From NCBI GenBank assembly GCA_041671225.1, contig JBAZBY010000001.1:622940-686939 (forward strand): DNA of 64,000 nucleotides. The letters are read 5' to 3'. Both the position numbers and the translations under genes were made by a program. The notes under the pieces are model-generated. The model saw only the letters and a list, made by a program, of their open reading frames with translations, did no database searches and was not told where the DNA came from. The stretch's first letter is position 1, and each line of letters opens with the position of its first letter. This document shows positions 1-7,865 of the stretch, one piece after another. This DNA comes from Patescibacteria group bacterium. Lineage in GTDB: Bacteria > Patescibacteriota > Patescibacteriia > JBAZBY01.

Positions 1-1
1 G

Positions 2-823
2 GCAGACCATATGGGAACGTTCACGCATACGCCAGAGGACGCCGCAGTCGCATTGCAGATTCTTGCGGGGCAGGATCCTCGCGATGCAACAACAAGCAGA
101 GAGCAGGTTCCGGATTATGAAAAGGAGATCAAACAACTTGATCTTAAAAAAATCACCGTGGGCCTCCCTAAGGAGTATTTTGGCGAGGGTCTTGATCCGG
201 CAATTGCAGAACAGGTTCGTTCTGCTGCAAAAAAATTAGAACAACTTGGTGCAAAAGTAGTGGAGCTTTCACTGCCACACACACTTGATGCGTTGCCAAC
301 GTATTATATTTTGAATCCAGCCGAGGCAAGTTCCAATTTGGCACGCTATGACGGTATTCGTTATTCTAAGGGACGCATCGCTTCAATACCAGAAGGCATG
401 ACATTGCGCGAGCGGTATGCGCATGTGCGTGGTGAAGGTTTTGGCAAGGAGCCCAAGCGCCGCATTATGATTGGCAATTATGTGCTTTCTGCTGAACATC
501 AGGATGCAACCTTTCGGCATGCCAGCAAGGTTCGGACGCTCATTCATCAGGATTTTAATCACGCATTTGAGCAGGTTGATGTATTGTTTACGCCCGTCGC
601 ACCAAGCACCGCCTTTTTGCTGGGAGCAGTACAGGACCCCGTGCAGATGTATCTTGCGGATATCTTCACGTCTGCACCCGCACTCGCCGGCGTTCCTGCT
701 GTCAGCGTGCCTGTTGGGGAGATTGACGGCCTCCCGGTTGGTTTGCAGATTGTGGGAAAATCCTTTGCAGAAGGGCAGCTTTTGGGCGTTGCGGCTCATG
801 TGATGCATGAAACAAGGACTTGA
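2..823 (+). CDS. gatA: Asp-tRNA(Asn)/Glu-tRNA(Gln) amidotransferase subunit A, C-terminal part (5' end outside window)
   Basis: Amidase-family motifs AEASSNLARYDGIRY, GFGKEPKRRIMIG, MYLADIFT, GLPVGLQIVG; frame open from the window start. Confidence 0.95.
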   Translation, partial: ADHMGTFTHTPEDAAVALQILAGQDPRDATTSREQVPDYEKEIKQLDLKKITVGLPKEYFGEGLDPAIAEQVRSAAKKLEQLGAKVVELSLPHTLDALPTYYILNPAEASSNLARYDGIRYSKGRIASIPEGMTLRERYAHVRGEGFGKEPKRRIMIGNYVLSAEHQDATFRHASKVRTLIHQDFNHAFEQVDVLFTPVAPSTAFLLGAVQDPVQMYLADIFTSAPALAGVPAVSVPVGEIDGLPVGLQIVGKSFAEGQLLGVAAHVMHETRT

Positions 824-868
824 AGTGCGCTAAAATTTTTGTTATACTAAAAAAGGTAAAGATTTGCT

Positions 869-1252
869 ATGGCAGAATCAACAAAAGGAAAAGTACTTCT
901 CGTTGAAGATGAAAAAATGCTCGCGGATATGTACGCGACAAAATTTTCGATGGAAGGCTACCAGATAGTGAATGCGTATGATGGGAAAGAGGGCTTGGAG
1001 GCGGCAAAACGCGAGAAGCCAAACATCATTCTTTTGGATATCATCATGCCAAAACTTGATGGCTTTGCAGTGCTGAAGGAGCTCAAGGCAGATGATGCAA
1101 TAAAGAATATTCCCGTTGTTCTCCTCACGAACCTTGGACAGGAAAGCGACGTCAAAAAGGGCAAGGATCTTGGCGCCGACGACTACTTTGTGAAAGCAAA
1201 TCACAGTCCACAGGAAATTGTGGAACTCGTTAAGAAGAAATTAGGAAAGTAA
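869..1252 (+). CDS. Single-domain response regulator (CheY-like receiver)
   Basis: VLLVEDE, ILLDIIMPKLDG (phospho-acceptor Asp), LLTN, GADDYFVK. Confidence 0.93.
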   Translation: MAESTKGKVLLVEDEKMLADMYATKFSMEGYQIVNAYDGKEGLEAAKREKPNIILLDIIMPKLDGFAVLKELKADDAIKNIPVVLLTNLGQESDVKKGKDLGADDYFVKANHSPQEIVELVKKKLGK

Positions 1253-1256
1253 ATTT

Positions 1257-1865
1257 ATGGCAGACGATCTACGAAAAGAACGGACCGTTGTTTTAATAAA
1301 GCCGGATGGCGTTATGCGCGGTCTCTCGGGCGAAATTATAAACCGGTTTGAAAAAACAGGTTTAAAGATTATTGCCCTGAAAATGGTATGGATTGATAGA
1401 GAGATGGCTGGCAAGCACTATCCGGACTCTCGCACCGAGTTGCTTACAGGCATGGGTGAGAAAACACTGAAGACGTACGAGAAATATGGTAAGGATGCTA
1501 ATGAAGAGCTTGGTACCATGGATCCAACAGAGATTGGAAGAATGGTGAACAAGTGGAATATGGAGTTTCTTTCTAGTGGTCCGGTGGTGGCAATGATTCT
1601 TGAAGGGCTTCATGCCATTGATAATGTCCGCATGATTGCAGGCAACACCTTACCAGCCTTTGCAGAGCCCGGAACCATTCGCGGGGATTATTCCATTGAT
1701 TCTCCTGCACTTGCAAACGCAAACAAGCGAGCGGTTCGCAATATGATTCATGCATCAGGCAACCCAGAAGAAGCGCAGTATGAGATGGAACTCTGGTTTC
1801 AAGAGAAGGATATTCACAACTACAAGCGGGCAGACGAGGACGCGATGTTTGAAGGGCCGAAGTAG
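1257..1865 (+). CDS. ndk: Nucleoside diphosphate kinase (long form)
   Basis: ERTVVLIKPDGV, SGPVVAM, PGTIRGDY, NMIHAS catalytic His motif. Confidence 0.95.
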   Translation: MADDLRKERTVVLIKPDGVMRGLSGEIINRFEKTGLKIIALKMVWIDREMAGKHYPDSRTELLTGMGEKTLKTYEKYGKDANEELGTMDPTEIGRMVNKWNMEFLSSGPVVAMILEGLHAIDNVRMIAGNTLPAFAEPGTIRGDYSIDSPALANANKRAVRNMIHASGNPEEAQYEMELWFQEKDIHNYKRADEDAMFEGPK

Positions 1866-2031
1866 GCCGCTCTATTTTGTATCGTAGACCGGACGGACTT
1901 CTCCAGCGGAAGTCCGTCCTTTGCATCGCGGCTGCCATTGTCAACCGCTCCCCGGCAAGGCCGGGTCGGGTATGACAAGCCAAGCTGGCAGCCGCTCGCA
2001 AGTCTACTTACAAAATACAGCGGCCTACTTC
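1859..2031. repeat. 173-nt multibranch palindromic/structured element overlapping the ndk stop codon
   Basis: Terminal inverted repeat GAAGTAGGCCGCT/AGCGGCCTACTTC continued by TATTTTGTA/TACAAAATA and GTAGAC/GTCTAC; inner stems GGACGGACTTC/GAAGTCCGTCC, GCGGCTGCCA/TGGCAGCCGC, TTGTCA/TGACAA, CCCGGC-AAG-GCCGGG. Confidence 0.8.
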
Positions 2032-2123
2032 TCTAGAGTGGGGGGGGAAGAGAAGAAGTTCAGAATCGTTCGCCAGTCTGATGGAAAAATATATGAAGTC
2101 CTACAGATGAAGGATGGTAGTGT

Positions 2124-2151
2124 TTGCAGGCTTACGCGAGGGTGCTATAGT
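2124..2151 (+). promoter_or_regulatory. Sigma70-type promoter of the tRNA-Pro locus
   Basis: TTGCAG-N16-TATAGT. Confidence 0.6.
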
Positions 2152-2280
2152 ACGCCTGTCTGAAAGATAACGGGCTGTGGTTCTGCGACAAGCGTGGGAT
2201 AAACTCCGTCGGCCAGCGCGCACGAAGGCTCGTATGGCTCGCAGACTTGGATGCAGATAAACGTGCCTTGAAGGCCGAGT

Positions 2281-2354
2281 CGGGGTATGGCGCAGTTGGC
2301 TAGCGCGCTTGCATGGGGTGCAAGAGGTCGCCGGTTCAAGTCCGGCTACCCCGA
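2281..2354 (+). tRNA. tRNA-Pro(GGG), CCA not encoded
   Basis: Cloverleaf: acceptor CGGGGTA/TACCCCG, anticodon arm CTTGC-AT-GGG-GT-GCAAG, T arm GCCGG-TTCAAGT-CCGGC. Confidence 0.95.
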
Positions 2355-2418
2355 CTCGGCCCTTGAAGGGATCAAGCCCACCCAGCACCCGAGCTCATAG
2401 GGCGAGTGGTGCGGGATT

Positions 2419-2433
2419 CGGCCAGCCCGACCA
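2419..2433 (+). pseudogene. 3' remnant of a second tRNA-Pro allele (CGGCCAGCCCGACCA); matching 5' remnant CGGGCTGTGG at 2171-2180
   Basis: CGGGCTG (2171-2177) is exactly complementary to CAGCCCG (2423-2429), which is followed by ACCA. Confidence 0.7.
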
Positions 2434-2491
2434 ATTCATACTTTGGGATTTTTGGTATTTCGGAGGGATATAAAATTAAAAACAGCCCGTC

Positions 2492-2649
2492 TTGACATTG
2501 TTTGTTAGTAGATGTAGTATTGTCGCCAATATTCTGCAAGACATCATTCTGTACACATGCATTCTCATCTTGTAACACTGAACCAGCGAGAAAAGGGCGT
2601 CTAATTTTCATCCTATTCGTTTCCCCGCGTTTTGCGGGTTTTCTTTTTT
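2492..2649 (+). promoter_or_regulatory. Promoter plus leader with a 15-codon ORF and an intrinsic-terminator-like hairpin upstream of the ATP-grasp gene
   Basis: TTGACA-N17-TAGTAT (2492-2520); ORF 2557-2604 MHSHLVTLNQREKGV; CCCGC/GCGGG stem (2624-2638) followed by TTTTCTTTTTT. Confidence 0.5.
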
Positions 2650-2655
2650 GTATCT

Positions 2656-4008
2656 ATGTCGATTCACGAATTGCAAACGTTCGCAAAAAGGTATTTCATG
2701 ACGGGTATCAATAAGGTTTCCTCTCTGCGCGTGCGTTCGGAGAAGAATACTACATTCGCGCTCAGCAGGTATTTCCCTGAAGGTACGGAGTATTTTTATG
2801 GGTATCCTACCGGAGAAGATTCGAATTTTTACAATGACGTACCGCCAATCATTGAGGAGCTCGTCTCTGCACGACCCCTTTCCGCTGCAGGAGAAGGGGT
2901 TCGTGTCATCCTTTTTGCCAATGCCGCACAGCATGAACAGATACAACTGCTGCGTGCGCTTGGCGTTCCGCTTGTCCCTGATCAGCAGATGATCCTGTTA
3001 CCGGCGGACATCGATGCCACGTTGATCGGTGTTGAGCGCAATGAAGCCGTGAAAGCCGCATTACGCAAGCGCGTCACACCGGGCAAGCTCATCATGGCGC
3101 AACCATACCTTGATTCTGAGCTGGCAGATCTCTATCAGATCCCGCCCGCACTTTCTGTCTGGTTGAACGATAAGAAGAACATGCCGTCGTATATATCAGC
3201 GTATTATCTGCCAAAGCGTTACGCATCATTCATGAACGGTGAGGAATTTTTCCATACCACAGCGGATCTTCCGGTACCCTGCGTCATTAAGATCTCATCT
3301 TCCAGCTCAGGTGATGGCGTGCGGCTGTGTATGACGCCGGAGGATCTTGCAGCTGCCAAGAACGATATGCGCGGGACGCATGTGAGTATCATCGCCGAAC
3401 AGTTCATCAGAGCGAAGAAAAATCTTGGTGTGCAGTTCGGGATACCGTATGACCGTTCCATGCCGGTGGAATTCGTGGGCGTGAATGAACAGATCACCAC
3501 TCCCGCAGGGTCATTTCTTGGCGGTATCATACATCCACAGGCACAGTATCCGCGATTCGAACACTTGCTGCATCTCTTACGCGAACGCATTTTACCATAT
3601 GCGCGGGACCTCGGTTGGTACGGACCCGGAGGCTTTGATGTGCTGTTGGGCGATGATGACCGATATTATTTTGTGGATGCGAATTTTCGTATGACGGGGA
3701 TGACTACTTTTTTATATGCAGCTGCCAATAGCAACGATGCGCGTATACGCCTGGGGTTCAATGGAACGTTATCCTGCTCGGAAGCATCGCTGTATCAGAA
3801 ACTCTTACCCCTTGCACATGTTGGCGGCCGCAGGCAGATATTCCAGACGATCTCTTTGATACGATCGGGCCATGACTGGCGTCTCAGTGGATTTGTGTTC
3901 GGCAAGGATTTTGCCGAACTTATCGCGAATGTGCAGGCGCTGCTCGATATCGGATTCATCTCTAAAGCACTTTCTGCGTGCGTCGCACAACAGCTGCGTA
4001 CGGAGTAG
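2656..4008 (+). CDS. ATP-grasp fold ligase of unknown substrate
   Basis: LNDKKNM, PCVIKISSSSSGDGV, IIAEQFI, GPGGFDVL, YFVDANFRMTG resemble ATP-grasp motifs; start could alternatively be ATG 2698. Confidence 0.75.
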   Translation: MSIHELQTFAKRYFMTGINKVSSLRVRSEKNTTFALSRYFPEGTEYFYGYPTGEDSNFYNDVPPIIEELVSARPLSAAGEGVRVILFANAAQHEQIQLLRALGVPLVPDQQMILLPADIDATLIGVERNEAVKAALRKRVTPGKLIMAQPYLDSELADLYQIPPALSVWLNDKKNMPSYISAYYLPKRYASFMNGEEFFHTTADLPVPCVIKISSSSSGDGVRLCMTPEDLAAAKNDMRGTHVSIIAEQFIRAKKNLGVQFGIPYDRSMPVEFVGVNEQITTPAGSFLGGIIHPQAQYPRFEHLLHLLRERILPYARDLGWYGPGGFDVLLGDDDRYYFVDANFRMTGMTTFLYAAANSNDARIRLGFNGTLSCSEASLYQKLLPLAHVGGRRQIFQTISLIRSGHDWRLSGFVFGKDFAELIANVQALLDIGFISKALSACVAQQLRTE

Positions 4009-4032
4009 GTACAGAACGTATACTTAAAGAAG

Positions 4033-4074
4033 TGCACCCCATGCAAGCACGCTAGCCAACTGCGCCACAGCCCG
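4033..4074 (-). pseudogene. 5' half of a tRNA-Pro(GGG) gene (through the anticodon arm) with its own promoter
   Basis: Minus strand CGGGCTGTGGCGCAGTTGGCTAGCGTGCTTGCATGGGGTGCA, 39/42 identical to 2281-2322; TTGCAG-N17-TATAGT on the minus strand at 4112-4084. Confidence 0.85.
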
Positions 4075-4115
4075 ATGGCGCATACTATATACCACGACTC
4101 GTAATTCTGCAAAAT

Positions 4116-4150
4116 GAAAAAGCCCAGATCCTCCTGTCTGGGCGTTTTTC
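4116..4150. terminator. Probable bidirectional intrinsic terminator downstream of purA
   Basis: GAAAAAGCCCAGA-loop-TCTGGGCGTTTTTC. Confidence 0.6.
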
Positions 4151-4183
4151 GCATATGTTGTATGCGCTATGCTGACCGCGATG

Positions 4184-5593
4184 TCAGCGAATGATCATGT
4201 GGTCCCTGTCGGGTCCGGTGCCGATGCGGTCGATGCGATGACCGCCGTGGCGCTCGATGGCGCGGATGTACTCCTGTGCCCGGAGCGGGAGCTTTTCGAA
4301 CTTCGTCTCACCAGTGATGTCCTCCTCCCACCCCGGCAGCTCGAGGTACTGCGGCTGAACACGCGCGTATTCCCAGGCGAGTTCCGGAATGCAGCCCTGC
4401 GGGAGCTGCTGTCCATCGAGCTCGTAGCCAATGCAGATTCGGAGCGTATTCAGTCCCGAGAGGCAGTCGAGCTTGCTGAGTACCAGCTCGTCCGGGTCGT
4501 TGACGTCGCAGAAGTAGACCTGCCACGTGCAATCGAACCAACCGGTTCGGCGCGGCCTGCCGCTTGTGGCACCGTACTCGTTCGCCGTGACGCGCAGATA
4601 CTGCCCGATCTCCTGGTCCGTCGCATGTCCGCCGTTGATCTTGGCGAGCATGTCCGTACACCAGGCCTCGCGCTGCTCCTTTGGGATGCGCTCTTCCTGC
4701 TGCGTCACCGCGTAGTCGCCGAGTTCCGTCACGAACGGACCGTTGCCAACCCGGCTTGCCACGAGCTTGTTCACGCCGATGCGCGTGCCAATGGCAGTCA
4801 CAGGAAGGCCGCTGCCCTGCGGGATTCCCGCAAAGGTGCACATGCCCTGGGTATTGAACCCCCAGGTGCCCCAGTACGGGTCCAGCATGAGCCCCTGCGC
4901 CCCTTCCCAGAGAATGGAGGCGCCGCGGTTCCATGCGTGGAGAAGCTCACCGCGTACATCCGTAACGTATGGCGCGAGCGCATCAGCAACCCCCAGCAGC
5001 TCATCAGCCATCTCTCGCGGACGTTTAACGAGCGGTGGATTCTCGAGGTGCTTGCCGAGCTCAGGATGTTCGAACACGGGGCGAAATGCCTCGTAGAAGT
5101 CCTTGAGCCATTGCAGCAACTCATCCGGGTGGTAGAGCATTCCCACCTTGGCGTTCAGGCGGAAGCCGATACTCCCGGCAATTCCGCACATCCCGCGCAT
5201 GGTTGTGTATGCCATACGTACGCCCTTGGCCTGCTCCACCCAGAGTTCAAGCGACCTGTGCCACTCGAACGAGAGGAAGCAACCGGCATCCACACCGAGA
5301 CTCTGGAGCTTCCCGCCCTTCTCCTGGAACTCCTTGATCTCAGCGAGGAGTTGAATGGGGTCAACCCGCACACCGCGCGCAAGCACGCAACGTGCGCCGG
5401 CGGCGGCACCGCTCGGTAGCAAGTGACCCACGAACTCGAAGTCGCCGACCTTGATGGTGTGACCCGCATTCGCGCCGCCTTCAAAGCGGGCGACGATGCT
5501 GCACTCTCTGCCGAGACGGTCGGTTTCCTTACCCTTGGATTCGTCGCCGGCAAAAACCCCGACGACCGCGTGGTTTACGCCTCGATGTGACAT
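4184..5593 (-). CDS. purA: Adenylosuccinate synthetase (divergent)
   Basis: GDESKGK, GGANAGHT, EGAQG, GATSGRPRRTGWFD, SKLDCL, LPGW, GTGPDR; SD-like GAGGT upstream. Confidence 0.9.
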   Translation of the reverse strand: MSHRGVNHAVVGVFAGDESKGKETDRLGRECSIVARFEGGANAGHTIKVGDFEFVGHLLPSGAAAGARCVLARGVRVDPIQLLAEIKEFQEKGGKLQSLGVDAGCFLSFEWHRSLELWVEQAKGVRMAYTTMRGMCGIAGSIGFRLNAKVGMLYHPDELLQWLKDFYEAFRPVFEHPELGKHLENPPLVKRPREMADELLGVADALAPYVTDVRGELLHAWNRGASILWEGAQGLMLDPYWGTWGFNTQGMCTFAGIPQGSGLPVTAIGTRIGVNKLVASRVGNGPFVTELGDYAVTQQEERIPKEQREAWCTDMLAKINGGHATDQEIGQYLRVTANEYGATSGRPRRTGWFDCTWQVYFCDVNDPDELVLSKLDCLSGLNTLRICIGYELDGQQLPQGCIPELAWEYARVQPQYLELPGWEEDITGETKFEKLPLRAQEYIRAIERHGGHRIDRIGTGPDRDHMIIR

Positions 5594-5697
5594 GTCCTTT
5601 ACCTCTTCTTTCGGTTGTCGGAGAGCAAACGTGAACGGCTCGACCTTAGCTGTTTTTTGCGTGATTGTAAAGCGGAATATGGTATAGTTACTGTGTT

Positions 5698-6255
5698 ATG
5701 CAACTCAAGCTCTACATCGCCGGAAAGGTTTCTCCAAACTCCCATTTTGGTACGCACGATTGGCGTGATGCATTTTGTGTTGAACTTGAGAAGAAGACGG
5801 GTTTGGAGATAAAAAATTTAGATCCCGCAAAATCACAATCGGATTTATTTTTGGATGAAAACAACAGCAAATTAATGGTTGGCCGGGATTCCTATATGAT
5901 TCGCATGGCTGATGTTATTCTCGTCAATCTTACTGATGATATTAGTGTTGGGGGTTCGCATGATATGCTTATCGCGAAGTATTACAAGAAATACCTTATT
6001 GGCCTTGCTCCAAAAGAAGGAAAGTTCAATAAATCTGTAACCACCCTCGGAGAACGCGAATACAAGAACTGGATTCACCCTTTTGTTTTGGAAACGTGTG
6101 ATGCGCTCGTTGAGGATATTGACCAACTTGCCGTTTGCTTGAAGGAGTTTATAGAAGTGCCACCAACAGAGATAAAGGATATTGATATCTTCGAGCAAGC
6201 CAGACAGTATTACGAGGAAAAATTTTATCCAGATGATACATTTCTCCATTCTTAA
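5698..6255 (+). CDS. Nucleoside 2-deoxyribosyltransferase-like protein
   Basis: KLYIAG start, W-R motif, D..MI..ADVILV, SVGG..DM..AK pattern typical of the NDT-like fold. Confidence 0.6.
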   Translation: MQLKLYIAGKVSPNSHFGTHDWRDAFCVELEKKTGLEIKNLDPAKSQSDLFLDENNSKLMVGRDSYMIRMADVILVNLTDDISVGGSHDMLIAKYYKKYLIGLAPKEGKFNKSVTTLGEREYKNWIHPFVLETCDALVEDIDQLAVCLKEFIEVPPTEIKDIDIFEQARQYYEEKFYPDDTFLHS

Positions 6256-6263
6256 ATAACACT

Positions 6264-6665
6264 ATGGAACTTCAAGTCGGTGTAAAAATTCTTCTCAAAA
6301 ACCCTGAAGGGAAGTTTCTGCTTACACGCCGCAATCCAAAAAAATACCCTGAGGTGGGACCAAAGTGGGATATTGTTGGCGGACGGATTGATCCCGGCAC
6401 GCCGCTTCTTGATAATCTCCGCCGCGAGGTGAAAGAAGAAACCGGTATGGACTACACCGGCGATCCGACGCTTGTTGCGGCGCAGGATATTTTGCGCGTC
6501 CCCGGTCGGCATGTGGTTCGGCTCACGTATATCGGGGACATTGAAGGCGATCCCCAGCTTTCAGATGAAAGTCTGGAGTACAAATGGTTCACACGCGAGG
6601 AGCTGGTGCAGAATGAGGATCTGGATATCTACGTGAAAGAGTTGCTCGAAAAGGGGACTCTATAA
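6264..6665 (+). CDS. NUDIX hydrolase
   Basis: Nudix box GGRIDPGTPLLDNLRREVKEETG. Confidence 0.9.
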   Translation: MELQVGVKILLKNPEGKFLLTRRNPKKYPEVGPKWDIVGGRIDPGTPLLDNLRREVKEETGMDYTGDPTLVAAQDILRVPGRHVVRLTYIGDIEGDPQLSDESLEYKWFTREELVQNEDLDIYVKELLEKGTL

Positions 6666-6678
6666 TTCTTACGACACA

Positions 6679-6733
6679 TTGACACGCGCTACGACAGCGT
6701 ATAGCATTTAAGTACTTTCGCAATTATTAAATG
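6679..6733 (+). promoter_or_regulatory. Promoter and probable ArsR operator
   Basis: TTGACA-N17-TAGCAT; inverted repeat CATTTAA (6705-6711)/TTAAATG (6727-6733) directly before the ArsR gene. Confidence 0.6.
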
Positions 6734-6738
6734 GTTCT

Positions 6739-7056
6739 ATGTTGAAGGATACGCAGATTGCACGCCTTCGCAAAGCTCTTTCCAGGGATAAGGAAAAGCT
6801 TCCGGAATTTTTTGACGCGCTTGCCGACAAAAGCCGTTATCGCATCTTTCTTCTTCTTTTAGAAAACAAAGGATTGTGCGTGACGGATATTGCAAAGGTG
6901 CTTGGCATTTCTGTTCCCGCGGCGTCGCAGCAGTTCAAGATTCTGGAAAAAGCCAGCGTGGTGCAGCGAGAACGCATGGGACAGATGACATGTTATTGCG
7001 TTGACACCACAAATCCAACAGTAAAGTCCATCATCAAGCTCATCGGAGAAAAATAG
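6739..7056 (+). CDS. ArsR/SmtB family transcriptional regulator
   Basis: FDALADKSRYRI, LCVTDIA, SVPAASQQFKILE, RMGQMTCY. Confidence 0.9.
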   Translation: MLKDTQIARLRKALSRDKEKLPEFFDALADKSRYRIFLLLLENKGLCVTDIAKVLGISVPAASQQFKILEKASVVQRERMGQMTCYCVDTTNPTVKSIIKLIGEK

Positions 7057-7059
7057 GAT

Positions 7060-7824
7060 ATGGTTGCGCTCATTGTTCCTGCATTCATTGCCGGAATCTT
7101 CATGTTTTTGGCTCCGTGCACACTCCCGTTAGTGCCGGGGTATCTTGCATTCATCAGTGGTGCGTCTTTGACGGATCTTGAAAATCCTACGGTCGCCGGG
7201 CAGATGCGAAAAAAAGTATTCATGAACGGTTTGTTCTATGTTGCGGGCTTTAGTGTCGTTTTTATTCTGATGGGCAGTCTCTTTGGTCTTGGCGGCGCGG
7301 CACTGGTGAAGTATCGCTCGCTTTTCACGCAGATTGGCGGCGTGTTCGTCGTCATGTTCGGTTTGTATATGATGCACGCGTTCACGATTCCCTTTGTTGA
7401 TCGTTTTTTGCAGCAAGATCATCGCGTGCGCTTCACCGCACTCAAGCCCGGTAATCCAACAAGTTCACTTATTTTTGGAGCCACATTCGCGTTTGGCTGG
7501 TCACCATGCGTTGGTCCGATTCTCGGCAGCGTTCTTCTTCTTGCATCATCCACTGCAACGGTTGGACAGGGAGCACTGCTGCTTGCTGTGTTTGCACTCG
7601 GCCTTGCCGTTCCCTTTTTGCTTCTTGCGTATGGCATTGGCTCAGCCATGCGCGTCATTCGTCGCGCTGCAAGGTTCCTCCGATTTTTTTCTTTTATTGG
7701 AGGCGTATTCCTCGTTATCCTTGGCGGATTAATGATCTTTGATCATTTTGGCCTTATGACCCGCTGGTTCTATCAACTTTTCTCCTTTCTTCATTATGAG
7801 AAGAGCTTGCTAGACTTTTTGTAA
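7060..7824 (+). CDS. ccdA: Cytochrome c biogenesis / DsbD-like thiol transporter CcdA
   Basis: FLAPCTLPLVPGY and FGWSPCVGPILG motifs; about six hydrophobic helices. Confidence 0.9.
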   Translation: MVALIVPAFIAGIFMFLAPCTLPLVPGYLAFISGASLTDLENPTVAGQMRKKVFMNGLFYVAGFSVVFILMGSLFGLGGAALVKYRSLFTQIGGVFVVMFGLYMMHAFTIPFVDRFLQQDHRVRFTALKPGNPTSSLIFGATFAFGWSPCVGPILGSVLLLASSTATVGQGALLLAVFALGLAVPFLLLAYGIGSAMRVIRRAARFLRFFSFIGGVFLVILGGLMIFDHFGLMTRWFYQLFSFLHYEKSLLDFL

Positions 7825-7865
7825 TCTTGCATGATGTGCATATCTACCATTAAGAAAAAAGCATA

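Noticed and set aside
1921-2163. 80-aa ORF after ndk
   Set aside because: Its 5' half runs through the palindromic element and its 3' end through the tRNA promoter; at most a gene remnant.
4169-5419. 416-aa plus-strand ORF
   Set aside because: Antisense shadow of GC-rich purA with no recognisable motifs.
4184-5593. PurZ (2-aminoadenine pathway) instead of PurA
   Set aside because: The P-loop retains the PurA Asp (GDESKGK) rather than the PurZ Ser (GSTGKG), and no phage, datZ or mazZ genes are adjacent.
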